Of a stretch of DNA of 64,000 bases, positions 18,713 through 27,620 are shown piece after piece. Under the pieces are notes generated by a model. That model saw only the letters and a program-made list of their open reading frames with translations. It did not search any database and was not told the DNA's origin. This DNA is from Methanobacteriota archaeon (GTDB taxonomy: Archaea; Thermoplasmatota; Thermoplasmata; SG8-5; DAIRED01): positions 32,001 through 96,000 of the forward strand of contig JAZDNO010000005.1 of the NCBI GenBank assembly GCA_043799545.1, read 5' to 3'. The position numbers and the translations under genes were made by a program. The stretch's first letter is position 1. The number at the start of each line of letters is the position of its first letter.

Positions 18713-20401
18713 TTGGAGCCGCTGCTGCTCCAGATGGGTTTCGTCATACTCCTGGCATTCGGCGGGGCCGCCATCGCCCACAGGTTCGGGCAGTCGATGA
18801 TGCTCGCCTACATCATAGTGGGCGTGCTCATCGGCCCGTTCGGGCCGCTGCCGTGGAAGCTCGTCAGCGCCAGCGAACTCGACGGAGGTTTCATCTCCGT
18901 CATCGGGCAGATGGGCCTTGTGATGCTGATGTTCTTCGTGGGGTTGGAGTTCTATCCGTCGAAGATTAAGGAGATAGGCCACCAGGCCGCGCTTCTGGCC
19001 GCGGCGGACATCGGGGCGACGATGATGGTGGGGCTGTCCGTGTGCGCATGGTTCGGCATGACGCTGATGGACAGCGTTTTCATTTCGAGCATAGTTGCGA
19101 TGAGTAGCGTGGCCGTGACGATGAAGGTCCTCGACGAGCTGGGGTGGCAGGGTTCGAAGGCCTCCCAAGCCCTTATCGGAATGATGGTCATCGAGGACTT
19201 CGCGTTCATAATCCTCATCACCGCGGGAAAAGGCATCATCATGGGCCCCGCTGCGGGGGACGCGGACCTCGTATGGACTTTCGGGGGAATCGCAGTCTTC
19301 CTGACATTCTTTTTGGTGCTGATTTTAGTGTTCGTGCCCAGCGTGCTTTCGCACATAGAGCGGGTGAAACACGAGGAGGCTTTCGTGCTCCTGGCCCTGT
19401 CGACGATATTCCTGTCCGGTGCTCTCGCCGAGGCGTTCGGCCTATCGGCCTTCGTGGGAGCGTTCTTCATGGGGGTGGCCTTTGCAGAAACGAATCTGGC
19501 CCGGCGGCTAAAGGAGAAAACGGTCTCCTTCCGCGACGCGTTCGCGGCGATATTCTTCGTCACATTCGGGATGATGATCGACCCTGGCGGAATAATCGAG
19601 GCCGTGCCCCTGCTTCTGGCGATAATACCCGCGATAATACTGGCCGAGGTCGGCATAGTGGCCGCCACCGCATACCTGGCCGGCCACACTCCGGAGGATT
19701 CCATGACGATAGCGGGCGGCACCACGGCCAGGAGCGAGGAGGCGGTTATCTTCGCCAGCATGGGGGGCAAGCTCGAGACCCCGACGGGCGAATACGTTCT
19801 CAGCCCGAAGGTGCAGCCAGTCATCTACCCGTTCACGGGGGCGTTCTGCTTCATCATGAGCGCCACGACGCCGTTGCTGATAAAGAACTCGAAATCGATC
19901 GCAGCCGTGCTGAAAAACGCGATGCCATGCTGGCTTGGGAGATCCGGCACAGTTCTCCAGGGGGCTGTCAGCGCACTGACTGGCGCCGGGGGCGGGGAGA
20001 GGCGGGCGGCCTCTTGGGCGTTTCGTTTTTGGCTCGCCGTGACGATGCTCTCGCTGGCCCTGGCCCCCACATTGTCCATGGCAACGTCCGGCTCTGAACC
20101 GGAGTACGCATATCTCTGGGTCGCACTTCTTGCACTGGCTGCGGCAGCAACAACAGCGCTCTGGTGGGCGATGAAAATGGCGCTGGCGGGGGCTCTACCG
20201 CGGCGCGACGCATCGTTCTCGGCGGGAGCGCTGGCAATCATCCTGTCTGTCGTGCCTGCCGTCGCGCTCGCATGGCCTTCCTCATACGTTTTGGCCTTGT
20301 CGGCCACGGGAGTGGCGTTCGCCGTTTTGATGGTCGGTTGCGCCGCGTTCGGGAGAGGGACGGGGGCGGATTTCGGGTCGTCCCAGTGCCAGGAGACATA
20401 G
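18713..20401 (+). CDS. Cation:proton antiporter (CPA2 family)
   Basis: Multiple TM segments; GLVMLMFFVGLEF, MSSVAVTMKVL, VIEDF, FRDAFAAIFFVTFGM; TTG start. Confidence 0.9.
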   Translation: MEPLLLQMGFVILLAFGGAAIAHRFGQSMMLAYIIVGVLIGPFGPLPWKLVSASELDGGFISVIGQMGLVMLMFFVGLEFYPSKIKEIGHQAALLAAADIGATMMVGLSVCAWFGMTLMDSVFISSIVAMSSVAVTMKVLDELGWQGSKASQALIGMMVIEDFAFIILITAGKGIIMGPAAGDADLVWTFGGIAVFLTFFLVLILVFVPSVLSHIERVKHEEAFVLLALSTIFLSGALAEAFGLSAFVGAFFMGVAFAETNLARRLKEKTVSFRDAFAAIFFVTFGMMIDPGGIIEAVPLLLAIIPAIILAEVGIVAATAYLAGHTPEDSMTIAGGTTARSEEAVIFASMGGKLETPTGEYVLSPKVQPVIYPFTGAFCFIMSATTPLLIKNSKSIAAVLKNAMPCWLGRSGTVLQGAVSALTGAGGGERRAASWAFRFWLAVTMLSLALAPTLSMATSGSEPEYAYLWVALLALAAAATTALWWAMKMALAGALPRRDASFSAGALAIILSVVPAVALAWPSSYVLALSATGVAFAVLMVGCAAFGRGTGADFGSSQCQET

Positions 20402-20432
20402 TTTTTTATCGCCCGTTCTGGATTGGGGGGCG

Positions 20433-20669
20433 ATGTTCGACAAGAAGAACGACCCGTCGAAGGCTGCCGTGAACGACGCCAAGCGCGCTGCCAAAGAGGC
20501 CTCCAACCAGGTAAAGGTGGCAAAGAGGCACGCAAAGGCGGAGAAGCTGAGGGCCCAGGCGACGAGCTACGATTTGAAAATCAAGAAGCTCGAGATTGAA
20601 ATCGCCGAGCTGACTGCCAAGGCCCAGGAACTGCGGAGCAAGGCCGACCGGGTCGAACGCGAACGATGA
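20433..20669 (+). CDS. Small basic coiled-coil protein
   Basis: Lys/Ala/Glu-rich heptad pattern; SD-like GGGGG upstream. Confidence 0.65.
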   Translation: MFDKKNDPSKAAVNDAKRAAKEASNQVKVAKRHAKAEKLRAQATSYDLKIKKLEIEIAELTAKAQELRSKADRVERER

Positions 20670-20678
20670 GGTCTGCCA

Positions 20679-21758
20679 ATGGCGGCCATGCGTCCGATAT
20701 TGTATTACAGCCCCGCCATGGGGCGCGTCGACTTCGGCGCGGGCCATCCGTTCAGGGGCTCCCGTTTCGACCAATTCGTCAAGCTGCTTCAGGCCAACGG
20801 GCTCGAAAAGGACCTTGACGTTCGCCAGCCATTGACAGCGACGGATGCGGACCTTGCCCTTGTGCACACCCCGGAGTACGTCGCGCACGTCCGAGAGGTC
20901 GAGGGTTACGAGGGCGCGCTGTCCATCGACACCCCAGTCCCCAGAGGGATGACGGACGCTGTCAAGTTCATCGTCGGCGGTGCGCTGGCGGGGGCTGGCT
21001 CCCTCGCCAAGGGCGAGTCCGAGCTGGCGATGACGTTCGGCGGTTTCCATCACGCCGGCGTTTCGAACGGGGAGGGCTTTTGCGTCTTCAACGATGTGGC
21101 GATAGCGGCCCGCGCCCTCATCCAGCGCCATGAGATGAAGCGCGTTCTCGTAATCGACACGGACGCGCATCAGGGCAACGGCACCATGGATATTTTCTGG
21201 GAGGACCCGCGCGTTCTTTTCATATCTATACACCAGGACCCGCGAACTGTTTATCCCGGTCGGGGCTTCGCGAGCGAAATCGGCGCAGGCGAGGGCAGGG
21301 GATTCACAATAAACATCCCCATGCCGCGGTTCTCGGGCAACGCCCAGTGGGCGCATGCTCTGGACGAAATCTTCGTGCCGGTGTGCGCCGAGTTCAAGCC
21401 CGAGGCCATAATCCGAAACGGCGGCTCGGACCCGTTCTACGCGGACGAGCTGACGGAGCTCGGGCTCGATTTCGACGGTTTGGCGGAGGTCGGGCGAATA
21501 GTGCGCTCCGCCTCCGACAACGGTCCCCGGAGGCTCCTGGACCTGATGGTCAGCGGCTACGGCGATTTCGTGCCGTACGGTTGGCTGGCGTTGTTCGCGG
21601 GAGTCACGGGCATGCAGGTTGATTACAGCAAATACGCTCGATTGGTTTACCCGATGCCGAGCCGCGTCCCAGAGGCGACGCTGGAGAGGCAGACGGACGC
21701 GGTGGTTGCAGAGGTTAGGCGCAACCTTGCGGAATTCTGGCCGTGCCTGCGCAAGTGA
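20679..21758 (+). CDS. Histone deacetylase/AcuC family Zn-dependent deacylase
   Basis: HPF, GGFHHA, GFCVFND, DTDAHQGNG. Confidence 0.93.
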   Translation: MAAMRPILYYSPAMGRVDFGAGHPFRGSRFDQFVKLLQANGLEKDLDVRQPLTATDADLALVHTPEYVAHVREVEGYEGALSIDTPVPRGMTDAVKFIVGGALAGAGSLAKGESELAMTFGGFHHAGVSNGEGFCVFNDVAIAARALIQRHEMKRVLVIDTDAHQGNGTMDIFWEDPRVLFISIHQDPRTVYPGRGFASEIGAGEGRGFTINIPMPRFSGNAQWAHALDEIFVPVCAEFKPEAIIRNGGSDPFYADELTELGLDFDGLAEVGRIVRSASDNGPRRLLDLMVSGYGDFVPYGWLALFAGVTGMQVDYSKYARLVYPMPSRVPEATLERQTDAVVAEVRRNLAEFWPCLRK

Positions 21759-21797
21759 GCCTAAAACTATTTATCCCGAGCCCCCATTTTAAAGCCC

Positions 21798-22025
21798 ATG
21801 TGCTTGGCCATCCCGGGCAGGGTCCTGGAAATCGACGGAAACGACGCGCTCATAGACTTCGGCGGCGTGCGCCGCAAGGCCAACGTCAGCCTCGTCGACG
21901 CCAAGCCAGGCACGTACGTTATTGTGCACGCAGGCTTCGCGATACAGACACTCGACCCGCGCGAGGCCAAGGAGTCGCTCAAGCTTTGGAAAGAGGTTCT
22001 CGAGGGGAGCGCTCCGGATGCATGA
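21798..22025 (+). CDS. hypC: [NiFe]-hydrogenase maturation chaperone HypC
   Basis: MCLAIPG..YVIVHAGFAI. Confidence 0.97.
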   Translation: MCLAIPGRVLEIDGNDALIDFGGVRRKANVSLVDAKPGTYVIVHAGFAIQTLDPREAKESLKLWKEVLEGSAPDA

Positions 22026-22395
22026 GTTCTCCATCGCCCAGCAGGTCGTAGAGGTGGTGCAGGACGCCGCTGCGAAGGCCGGAGGGTCGAAGGTTTCAGA
22101 AATCCACTTGCGAATCGGCGAACTGAGCTTCATAGCCGAGGAACAGCTTCGCTTCGCCATCGGCGAGATGTCCCGGGGAACGGTCCTAGAGGGGGCGGAG
22201 CTGACAATATTCAGCGAGCCTGGGGTGGCCCGGTGCAGGTCCTGCGGGACCGAGGAAACCGTAAGCTACGAGCGGTTGCGCGCCGCTGTTGCGACGCTGG
22301 CAATCTGCGCCAGATGCGGTGGCGCGGCTGAGCTATCTGGCGGTTCAGGCTGCACGGTCGAAAACATCATCGTCGAGGTTCCGGAGGAAGCCTGA
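22018..22395 (+). CDS. hypA: Hydrogenase nickel metallochaperone HypA
   Basis: MHEFSIA, IGELS, CxxC..CxxC; true start ATG 22018. Confidence 0.95.
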   Translation: MHEFSIAQQVVEVVQDAAAKAGGSKVSEIHLRIGELSFIAEEQLRFAIGEMSRGTVLEGAELTIFSEPGVARCRSCGTEETVSYERLRAAVATLAICARCGGAAELSGGSGCTVENIIVEVPEEA

Positions 22396-23450
22396 TGGTG
22401 CATCCGCTCCTGAAGGAAGTGCCCAATCTTGGCCGCACGGTCAGTTTCATGCACGTGTGCGGCACGCACCAGGACACCCTCGTGAAGCACGGGCTCGAGC
22501 CTTTGCTCGCCGAGGCAGGTGTTCGCATCGTCCAGGGGCCTGGATGCCCCGTCTGCGTCACGACCCCTGCGGAAATTGAGATGGCGAGGGCGCTCGCTCT
22601 CTCGGGAAAGGCGGTCACCGCTTTCGGGGACATGATGAACGTTCCAGGCCCGTCGGGTTCGCTGGTCTCTGCGCGAAGCGAGGGTGCGGACGTCCGCATC
22701 GTGTACTCTGTAACGGACGCGCTGGCGATGGCACGCGCAGAGCCCGGCAAAGAGTTCGTCTTCATGGGCATCGGCTTCGAGACAACGGCGCCTTCGACGG
22801 CCTTCGCCTTGCTGTCCGACCCGCCGGAGAATTTCTCGATACTATCCTGCCACCGGCTCGTCCCGCCGGCGCTGGAGGCGCTCCTCCAGATGGGTGAAGT
22901 CAAGCTCGACGGGCTGATAGAGCCAGGGCACGTCAGCGCTATCATCGGCACTTTGCCTTACGAGCCAATCAGCGAAAGGTGGAAGGTCCCACAGGTCGTT
23001 GCTGGTTTCGAGCCCGAAGACTTGTTGATGGCAGTAGCGATGCTGGCGAAACAAATTTACAAGGGGCGAGCCGAGGTCGAGAACGAATACTCGCGCGTGG
23101 TTAAACCCGAGGGGAATAGAAAGGCGATTCGAATCATGGAGGAGGCCATGGCCCCGAGGGATGTGAAATGGCGCGGGTTCCCGTCGATACCCGGAAGCGG
23201 TCTGGGAATACGCAAGCGTTTCGAAGAATGGGACGCCGCGAGCAAGTACCAAGGCATCCTCGCTCCCTACGCCGACAGGGAGTATCCCGAGCCGGAAGGC
23301 TGCCTCTGCGGCGAGGTGCTCCGCGGCTTGGTGGACGCGCGCGAATGCCCGCAGTTCGGGAAGGGGTGCGCCCCCGAAAACCCCGTGGGGCCGTGCATGG
23401 TGAGCGCGGAGGGGAGCTGCAACATCGCTTATAGGTACAGAACGGAATAA
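22395..23450 (+). CDS. hypD: Hydrogenase maturation protein HypD
   Basis: MHVCGTH, GPGCPVC, GIGFETT, PGHVS, C-terminal CLCG..CP.FG.GC.P..PVGPCMVS.EG.C. Confidence 0.97.
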   Translation: MVHPLLKEVPNLGRTVSFMHVCGTHQDTLVKHGLEPLLAEAGVRIVQGPGCPVCVTTPAEIEMARALALSGKAVTAFGDMMNVPGPSGSLVSARSEGADVRIVYSVTDALAMARAEPGKEFVFMGIGFETTAPSTAFALLSDPPENFSILSCHRLVPPALEALLQMGEVKLDGLIEPGHVSAIIGTLPYEPISERWKVPQVVAGFEPEDLLMAVAMLAKQIYKGRAEVENEYSRVVKPEGNRKAIRIMEEAMAPRDVKWRGFPSIPGSGLGIRKRFEEWDAASKYQGILAPYADREYPEPEGCLCGEVLRGLVDARECPQFGKGCAPENPVGPCMVSAEGSCNIAYRYRTE

Positions 23451-23528
23451 TACCATTGTATTTATTGGACACGATCATTATAACAAGGTATAGAAAGCTA
23501 GATTATCACGCGCCTTTTCCCCCTCATC

Positions 23529-24389
23529 ATGGACACCAGGGACCGCGCAGTGGCGGCAACTGTGGTTTCGAGCTTCCTATGGGGGTCGTCTTTCGTCGTG
23601 GCGGGATACGGCGTGGGCATCGCGGACCCCATGCTCTTCCTCCTTCTGAGGTTCCTCATCGCGACGCCAATCGTAATGGCCGTCTGGCCTTACCGGCGCG
23701 CCCTGCGCAGCAGAATCATCTGGACTCTTGCGGCGTTCAACGCCGCCGCCTTCGTGATGCAATACGTCGCGCTCGGCTGGACGACCGCGACGAACGTTGC
23801 GCTGCTCATAAGCATGGACCTGGTGTTCGTCAGCGCGGCGTCCGTATATTTCCTCTCCGAGAAGGCGACGTGGCGGCTGGGCGTTTCGCTCTCCCTCGGG
23901 CTGGCGGGAGTCTTCCTCGTCGAATACGGTGCGGGTACAATCAGCGTCTCCTCGGAGGCTCTTTGGGGCGACCTGCTCTCCCTCGGGGCGGCCCTATCCT
24001 GGACGGTCTACATCATCCTCTCGAAGAAGGCCCTATCTGGAGAGAACGACATGAGCGCTGAAGAGCTCACCGCGGGCGTGTGCATCGCCACCACCGTCCC
24101 CCTTCTGTTCGTGCTGCCTTTCGTCAGCGTCTCGGGCAGCGTCGACTGGGCTTGCCTGCTGCTCCTCTCTGCTTATCTGGCGGTCTTCACAACTATTCTG
24201 GCATACGTTCTGTGGTACAAGGGGCTGAAGCACTTGCCAGCATCCACAACATCCATCATACTGCTGCTGGAAATCGCTTTCGCAGCAGTTCTGGCCTACA
24301 TCGTCCTCGGGGAGCGCGTGGGACCGTTCACGGTCGTGGGCGGGGTATTGATTTGCGCGGCGGCCCTTTTGACCGTGACGGGAAAGTAA
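23529..24389 (+). CDS. DMT/EamA family transporter
   Basis: LWGSSF, two EamA repeats, about 10 TM segments, LLLEIAFA. Confidence 0.9.
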   Translation: MDTRDRAVAATVVSSFLWGSSFVVAGYGVGIADPMLFLLLRFLIATPIVMAVWPYRRALRSRIIWTLAAFNAAAFVMQYVALGWTTATNVALLISMDLVFVSAASVYFLSEKATWRLGVSLSLGLAGVFLVEYGAGTISVSSEALWGDLLSLGAALSWTVYIILSKKALSGENDMSAEELTAGVCIATTVPLLFVLPFVSVSGSVDWACLLLLSAYLAVFTTILAYVLWYKGLKHLPASTTSIILLLEIAFAAVLAYIVLGERVGPFTVVGGVLICAAALLTVTGK

Positions 24390-24417
24390 GATATATCACT
24401 CAGGGGATTGGCGAGAC

Positions 24418-25047
24418 ATGAAGCTCAAGACGATTGCAGGCGCGATACAGGAAGACCTCGACGAGAAGGAGGCTGTGCGGGAGGTTGCGCTGAAATCCTC
24501 GCGTGCCATTGTGAGGCTCTGCGGCTCCGCCATCCAGGCAATCCACAAAGGGGAGAATCCGGCAAAGGCGATGTCCGGTCTCAAAAGGGACGTGGAGCGG
24601 CTGAAAGGGGTCATATCGGAACATCCGGAGATGGAGCACGCGGGCTTCGTGGAGGCCGCGTTCCAGGAATTTGCGGAGGCGTCGATAATTTTCGCCATCG
24701 CGAACGGCGCGGACATCCCGGGCCACCGGGAGCTCGGAATCACTCCGCAGGCCTACCTCGAGGGAATCGGGGACGTGGTTGGGGAGCTGAGGCGGCTGGC
24801 CCTGTCGTCGATGATGGTCGGCAATGTGGGAGAAGCCCAGGAAATGCTCTGCTTGATGGACGAGATATACGGCTTCCTCATGAGGTTCGACTACCCCGCC
24901 GCGCTGGCCGGGGTCAGGCGCAAGCAGGACGTTGCCAGGTCTCTCGTCGAAAAGACCCGGGGAGAGGTGGCGGTTGCGGCCAGGATGCACTCCCTGGAGA
25001 AGCGCCTGGAGAATTTGGACAAGGGGGCGGGGAAGAAAAAGATATAG
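24418..25047 (+). CDS. Translin/TRAX family protein
   Basis: REVALKSSR, QEFAEA, YLEGIGDVVGELRR, RRKQDVARSLVEKT. Confidence 0.9.
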   Translation: MKLKTIAGAIQEDLDEKEAVREVALKSSRAIVRLCGSAIQAIHKGENPAKAMSGLKRDVERLKGVISEHPEMEHAGFVEAAFQEFAEASIIFAIANGADIPGHRELGITPQAYLEGIGDVVGELRRLALSSMMVGNVGEAQEMLCLMDEIYGFLMRFDYPAALAGVRRKQDVARSLVEKTRGEVAVAARMHSLEKRLENLDKGAGKKKI

Positions 25048-25070
25048 CCCACGAAGCGCATGTGGGTCGG

Positions 25071-26153
25071 ATGGCATCCTCCGCGACGAGGCGCGTCGCT
25101 CTAGTTCACAATCTCAACCACGTTCTGCATCGTTCGGAGAGCAGCAGCCCCGAGAATCCGGAGCGCGTCACGAGGATTATCCAGTACCTGAAGGCGAGGA
25201 CGCCATTGCTCACCGACGGGCCGTGCAGCCTGATTGTCGATTTCCCGCCCGCCTCCGAGGAGGACCTCCTGCGCGTCCACGACAAAAGCTATCTCGATTT
25301 CCTCCGGCGCACCGCCCAGCGCGGCAGCACCTTCCTCGGGGACAGCACTTACATCTCTCCGCAGACGTTCAACGTGTCGGCCTCGGCCGCAGGGGGCGCG
25401 ATGGAGGCGCTGCGCGTGGTCGCGACTGCGGAGTATGATGCCAGCTTTGCGATAATCAGGCCGCCCGGCCACCATGCATCGATGGACCGCTTCAGCGGGT
25501 ACTGCCTAATCAACAACGCGGCGGTGGCCATACGGTATGTCCAGGCCATGCTGGGAGTGCAGAAAGTCATGGTCGTGGACTGGGACGCGCACGCGGGCAA
25601 CGGAACCATGCGGGTCTTTTACGAAGACCCGTCGGTTCTTCTGGTCTCACTGCACAGGGACCCCAACGAGCATTACCCTCACGACGGTTTCGGTCACCAG
25701 ATAGGGAGGGGGCCTGGTCGCGGCTACAACGTGAACGTCGAGATGCCGGAGGCCGCGGGCGACGCGGAATACGAGCTGGTGTACGACGAGCTGGTGTCCC
25801 CGCTGGCCAAGTCATACCTCCCCGATTTGGTAGTAGGCTTGGTGGGCTTCGACGCTCATTACAAGGACGGGCAATCGGGGCTGAACATGACCAGCCAAGG
25901 TTATTTCAACATGGTTGAGCACCTCATAGGCATCAACGGAAGGCTGGCGCTCATCCTGGAGGGTGGATACTCGACGGCTAACCCGACAATAGCGCACGCC
26001 GTCATCTCGGCGCTGGCCGGATTGCCGGCTCCGTACGAGGAAAACATCGATGTGCTGGCCGCCGCCGTCACCCGGAGGAAGAAGACCAGGGCCATACTCG
26101 AAGACAACATCGCGGATCTGAAGGAGCTTCTTTCCGAGTTCCACAGCATGTGA
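25071..26153 (+). CDS. Histone deacetylase family protein (second copy)
   Basis: PENPER, RPPGHHA, GYCLINN, DWDAHAGNG, GFDAH, LEGGY; start at ATG 25071, not 24408. Confidence 0.93.
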   Translation: MASSATRRVALVHNLNHVLHRSESSSPENPERVTRIIQYLKARTPLLTDGPCSLIVDFPPASEEDLLRVHDKSYLDFLRRTAQRGSTFLGDSTYISPQTFNVSASAAGGAMEALRVVATAEYDASFAIIRPPGHHASMDRFSGYCLINNAAVAIRYVQAMLGVQKVMVVDWDAHAGNGTMRVFYEDPSVLLVSLHRDPNEHYPHDGFGHQIGRGPGRGYNVNVEMPEAAGDAEYELVYDELVSPLAKSYLPDLVVGLVGFDAHYKDGQSGLNMTSQGYFNMVEHLIGINGRLALILEGGYSTANPTIAHAVISALAGLPAPYEENIDVLAAAVTRRKKTRAILEDNIADLKELLSEFHSM

Positions 26154-26187
26154 ATAAGTTTATTTACGCATACCGGGATTCGGAACC

Positions 26188-26499
26188 GTGGTTCAGGCTA
26201 CTTCGGTGAGCATACAGAAGATTTTCGTCCACAGGGACGAGCATCTGGTGGGCATAGAGGTAAACGAAGGCCAGCGAGTCAAGTTCTACAGTTACACCTA
26301 CTACGTCAACATGAGGGATTCCTGGCAACCGTGCGTGCGGTGGGACAACGCCGAGCAGCAGCCTCACGTGGACAGATACGATGAGAACGGCACTCTCATC
26401 GAGCAGCAGCACTGCCGGGAGAAGAATTTCAAAGAGGTGCTGAAGCTCGTGAAGATATTCCGGCGGAACCTGGCGGCCATGAATTTGGCGGAGTTGTGA
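26188..26499 (+). CDS. Putative TumE/DUF6516-like toxin
   Basis: YSYTY..VRWDNA..PHVD motif resembling the RYDNAH..H pattern of DUF6516; directly upstream of an HTH gene. Confidence 0.5.
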   Translation: MVQATSVSIQKIFVHRDEHLVGIEVNEGQRVKFYSYTYYVNMRDSWQPCVRWDNAEQQPHVDRYDENGTLIEQQHCREKNFKEVLKLVKIFRRNLAAMNLAEL

Positions 26500-26532
26500 G
26501 ATGCGCGCCATTTTCGAAGGGGGGGCGTCCTG

Positions 26533-26976
26533 ATGCGCGTGGAACTGATAAAACACTATACGACGGAAGACGTGGAATCTGAGCTGAGGCGGCTCGCCGA
26601 CTCCTACGTCACCCTCGATTCGCTTTCCCAGAAGGTGTCTGTAACCAAATGTAACAACCCGAAGCTTCAGGACGAACTGATGCTGTGGCGCGCTCTCCAA
26701 ATACCTCATGTCGAGGTGCGAACGTCGGTCGCGTTCGAGGGTTCGGAAAAGGTTGCGAACATCACGCCTGCCAGGATAGACCTTCTCGAGGCCATCCGGC
26801 GCACGAGGCCCCATTCCGTCAGGGAGCTGGCATTATCTGTAAAAAGGAATTACAAAAACGTCTACGACGACATCCAGGCTCTAAGCGATGTCGGTCTGGT
26901 CGAATTGGTGGTCAAAGGCCGAAAAAGCCGTCCCGTCTGCACGGCGGACGAGATAAAATTCAGTTTGGAAAGCTAA
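26533..26976 (+). CDS. HVO_A0114/COG4190-like wHTH protein, putative antitoxin
   Basis: RIDLLEAIR..PHSVRELALSVKRNYKNVYDDIQAL..GLVEL..RP. Confidence 0.75.
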   Translation: MRVELIKHYTTEDVESELRRLADSYVTLDSLSQKVSVTKCNNPKLQDELMLWRALQIPHVEVRTSVAFEGSEKVANITPARIDLLEAIRRTRPHSVRELALSVKRNYKNVYDDIQALSDVGLVELVVKGRKSRPVCTADEIKFSLES

Positions 26977-27044
26977 TTTACTTTCCACACCATAACTTTC
27001 TCATTTACGCATCTGGATTGATATGTTTACTTTCCACACCATAA
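26977..27044. repeat. Perfect 19-bp direct repeat TTTACTTTCCACACCATAA x2
   Basis: Copies at 26977-26995 and 27026-27044 (period 49 bp). Confidence 0.95.
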
Positions 27045-27058
27045 TTAAAATCTCAGAA

Positions 27059-27069
27059 ATATATTTAAA
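27059..27069 (+). promoter_or_regulatory. BRE/TATA of the 27094-34411 operon
   Basis: CAGAAATATATTTAAAC about 25-35 nt upstream of ATG 27094. Confidence 0.55.
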
Positions 27070-27093
27070 CAAGTACAACTATTAACCCATGCT

Positions 27094-27618
27094 ATGAAAG
27101 CGCAAAAATATGAAGATGTGCAATTCATAATAAGTCAAGATGGGGACGGAGAGCCCAACCTCAACTTGGTTTGGAAAGAAGGCGGGCTGTTCCTCTCTTT
27201 GTCTGGACTATTCATTTCTGACGGAGACACCTGGTACGAGCTGCCAGTGAAGGACTTGGTCAATGTGAACATCATCAACGAGGAGCCTTTGCAGCTCAGA
27301 TTTAAAATCCCCGCGCTGGACGTCGTGGTTACGGGGAAGCGGGCCGAGAGGCTGCTGGCACTGCGGCATTTCCTGCTTCCATACATCAAGCGCGAGAAAG
27401 ACGGCAGCGGGATGAAGGGGCTAATCAAATTTTGGGCGGTCGGAATCTACGATTTGGACATACTCAGCAGGCTGATGTCTGAGGAAGAGTCCGTCGTCAT
27501 CAACATGATAAACAAGGCCAAAAAAGACGGCCTGGTGTCGGAAGATGGGAGGGTGACCGAGAAGGGCCTCTCCCTTCTGAGTGCGAGCGAGCGCAAAATC
27601 CTGAAGGGGTCGCTGTAA
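27094..27618 (+). CDS. Hypothetical protein (PH-like beta domain plus C-terminal wHTH)
   Basis: Alternating beta strands followed by a helical LDILSRL..INKAKKDGLVSEDGRVTEKG segment; fold is inferred. Confidence 0.7.
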   Translation: MKAQKYEDVQFIISQDGDGEPNLNLVWKEGGLFLSLSGLFISDGDTWYELPVKDLVNVNIINEEPLQLRFKIPALDVVVTGKRAERLLALRHFLLPYIKREKDGSGMKGLIKFWAVGIYDLDILSRLMSEEESVVINMINKAKKDGLVSEDGRVTEKGLSLLSASERKILKGSL

Positions 27619-27620
27619 CA

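Noticed and set aside
24408-26153. Apparent 581-aa HDAC with a long N-terminal extension, or a translin-HDAC fusion
   Set aside because: The extension overlaps translin in another frame and is low-complexity Arg/Gly; the HDAC starts at ATG 25071.
26977-27044. Mini CRISPR array
   Set aside because: Only two 19-bp copies with a 49-bp period and no cas genes; kept as a repeat instead.
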